Positions 31,938 through 32,000 of a stretch of DNA of 32,000 nucleotides are shown piece after piece. Both the position numbers and the translations under genes were made by a program. The DNA lies in IMG/VR virus record IMGVR_UViG_3300013426_000021, positions 31,669-63,668 of that record; one strand, given 5' to 3'. This stretch comes from a virus. The notes beneath the pieces were generated by a model, which made no database searches, was not told the DNA's origin, and saw only the letters and a program-made list of their open reading frames with translations. Each line of letters begins with the position of its first letter. Positions within the stretch are counted from its first letter, which is position 1.

Positions 31938-32000
31938 TCGCCGGTTCCTCCTTCTTCGCGATACGCCGCTGTTCGCGCGCTTCCTTAATGCGCAGGGCGC
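31927..32000 (-). CDS. 3' end of an upstream gene (partial)
   Basis: Frame ...LRIKEAREQRRIAKKEEPANEN-TGA is open to the window edge and overlaps ATG 31937. Confidence 0.4.
   Translation of the reverse strand, partial: ALRIKEAREQRRIAKKEEPANEN

Noticed and set aside
1-32000. CRISPR arrays, rRNA, tRNA/tmRNA and IS elements
   Set aside because: I saw no regularly spaced direct repeats, no T-arm/anticodon-arm geometry in any intergenic gap, and no transposase-like ORF or terminal inverted repeats on either strand.

Overview
Gene-dense segment (about 45 CDS) of a mobile element. It is most likely the early/replication plus accessory region of a temperate phage, prophage or phage-plasmid of a Gram-positive, Clostridia-like host. 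The host call is inference from GGAGG-type RBSs, a PASTA domain and ATGA/TAATG-coupled operons. Backbone genes are almost all on the minus strand: a DnaE-like polymerase (partial); WGR-PARP + TARG1-like macrodomain + ATP-dependent DNA ligase; a PAPS-reductase-family protein; a Cas4-like nuclease; two ECF-sized sigma factors; a primase-helicase; a DUF2828/vWA protein; SSB; a Sak4-like ATPase; a tyrosine-integrase module; an AT-richer defence islet (AbiEi/AbiEii plus an uncharacterised ABC-type ATPase + PD-(D/E)xK-like pair); three Bro-N antirepressor-type genes; DUF932/DUF2958-type genes; and a triple LacI-HTH protein. Small plus-strand cassettes with TGnTATAAT-type promoters, encoding small hydrophobic proteins, are interspersed among them. 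Main hunt result: TAG behaves as a sense or programmed read-through codon. At least 7 in-frame TAGs sit inside otherwise well-supported genes. Some are positionally conserved between paralogues, and one splits a PAPS-reductase just before its conserved motif. By my hand count only 1 of 45 genes ends in TAG (26 TGA, 18 TAA). I found no tRNA (so no suppressor tRNA), rRNA or CRISPR array in this window. All domain calls come from motif recognition by eye, not database searches.
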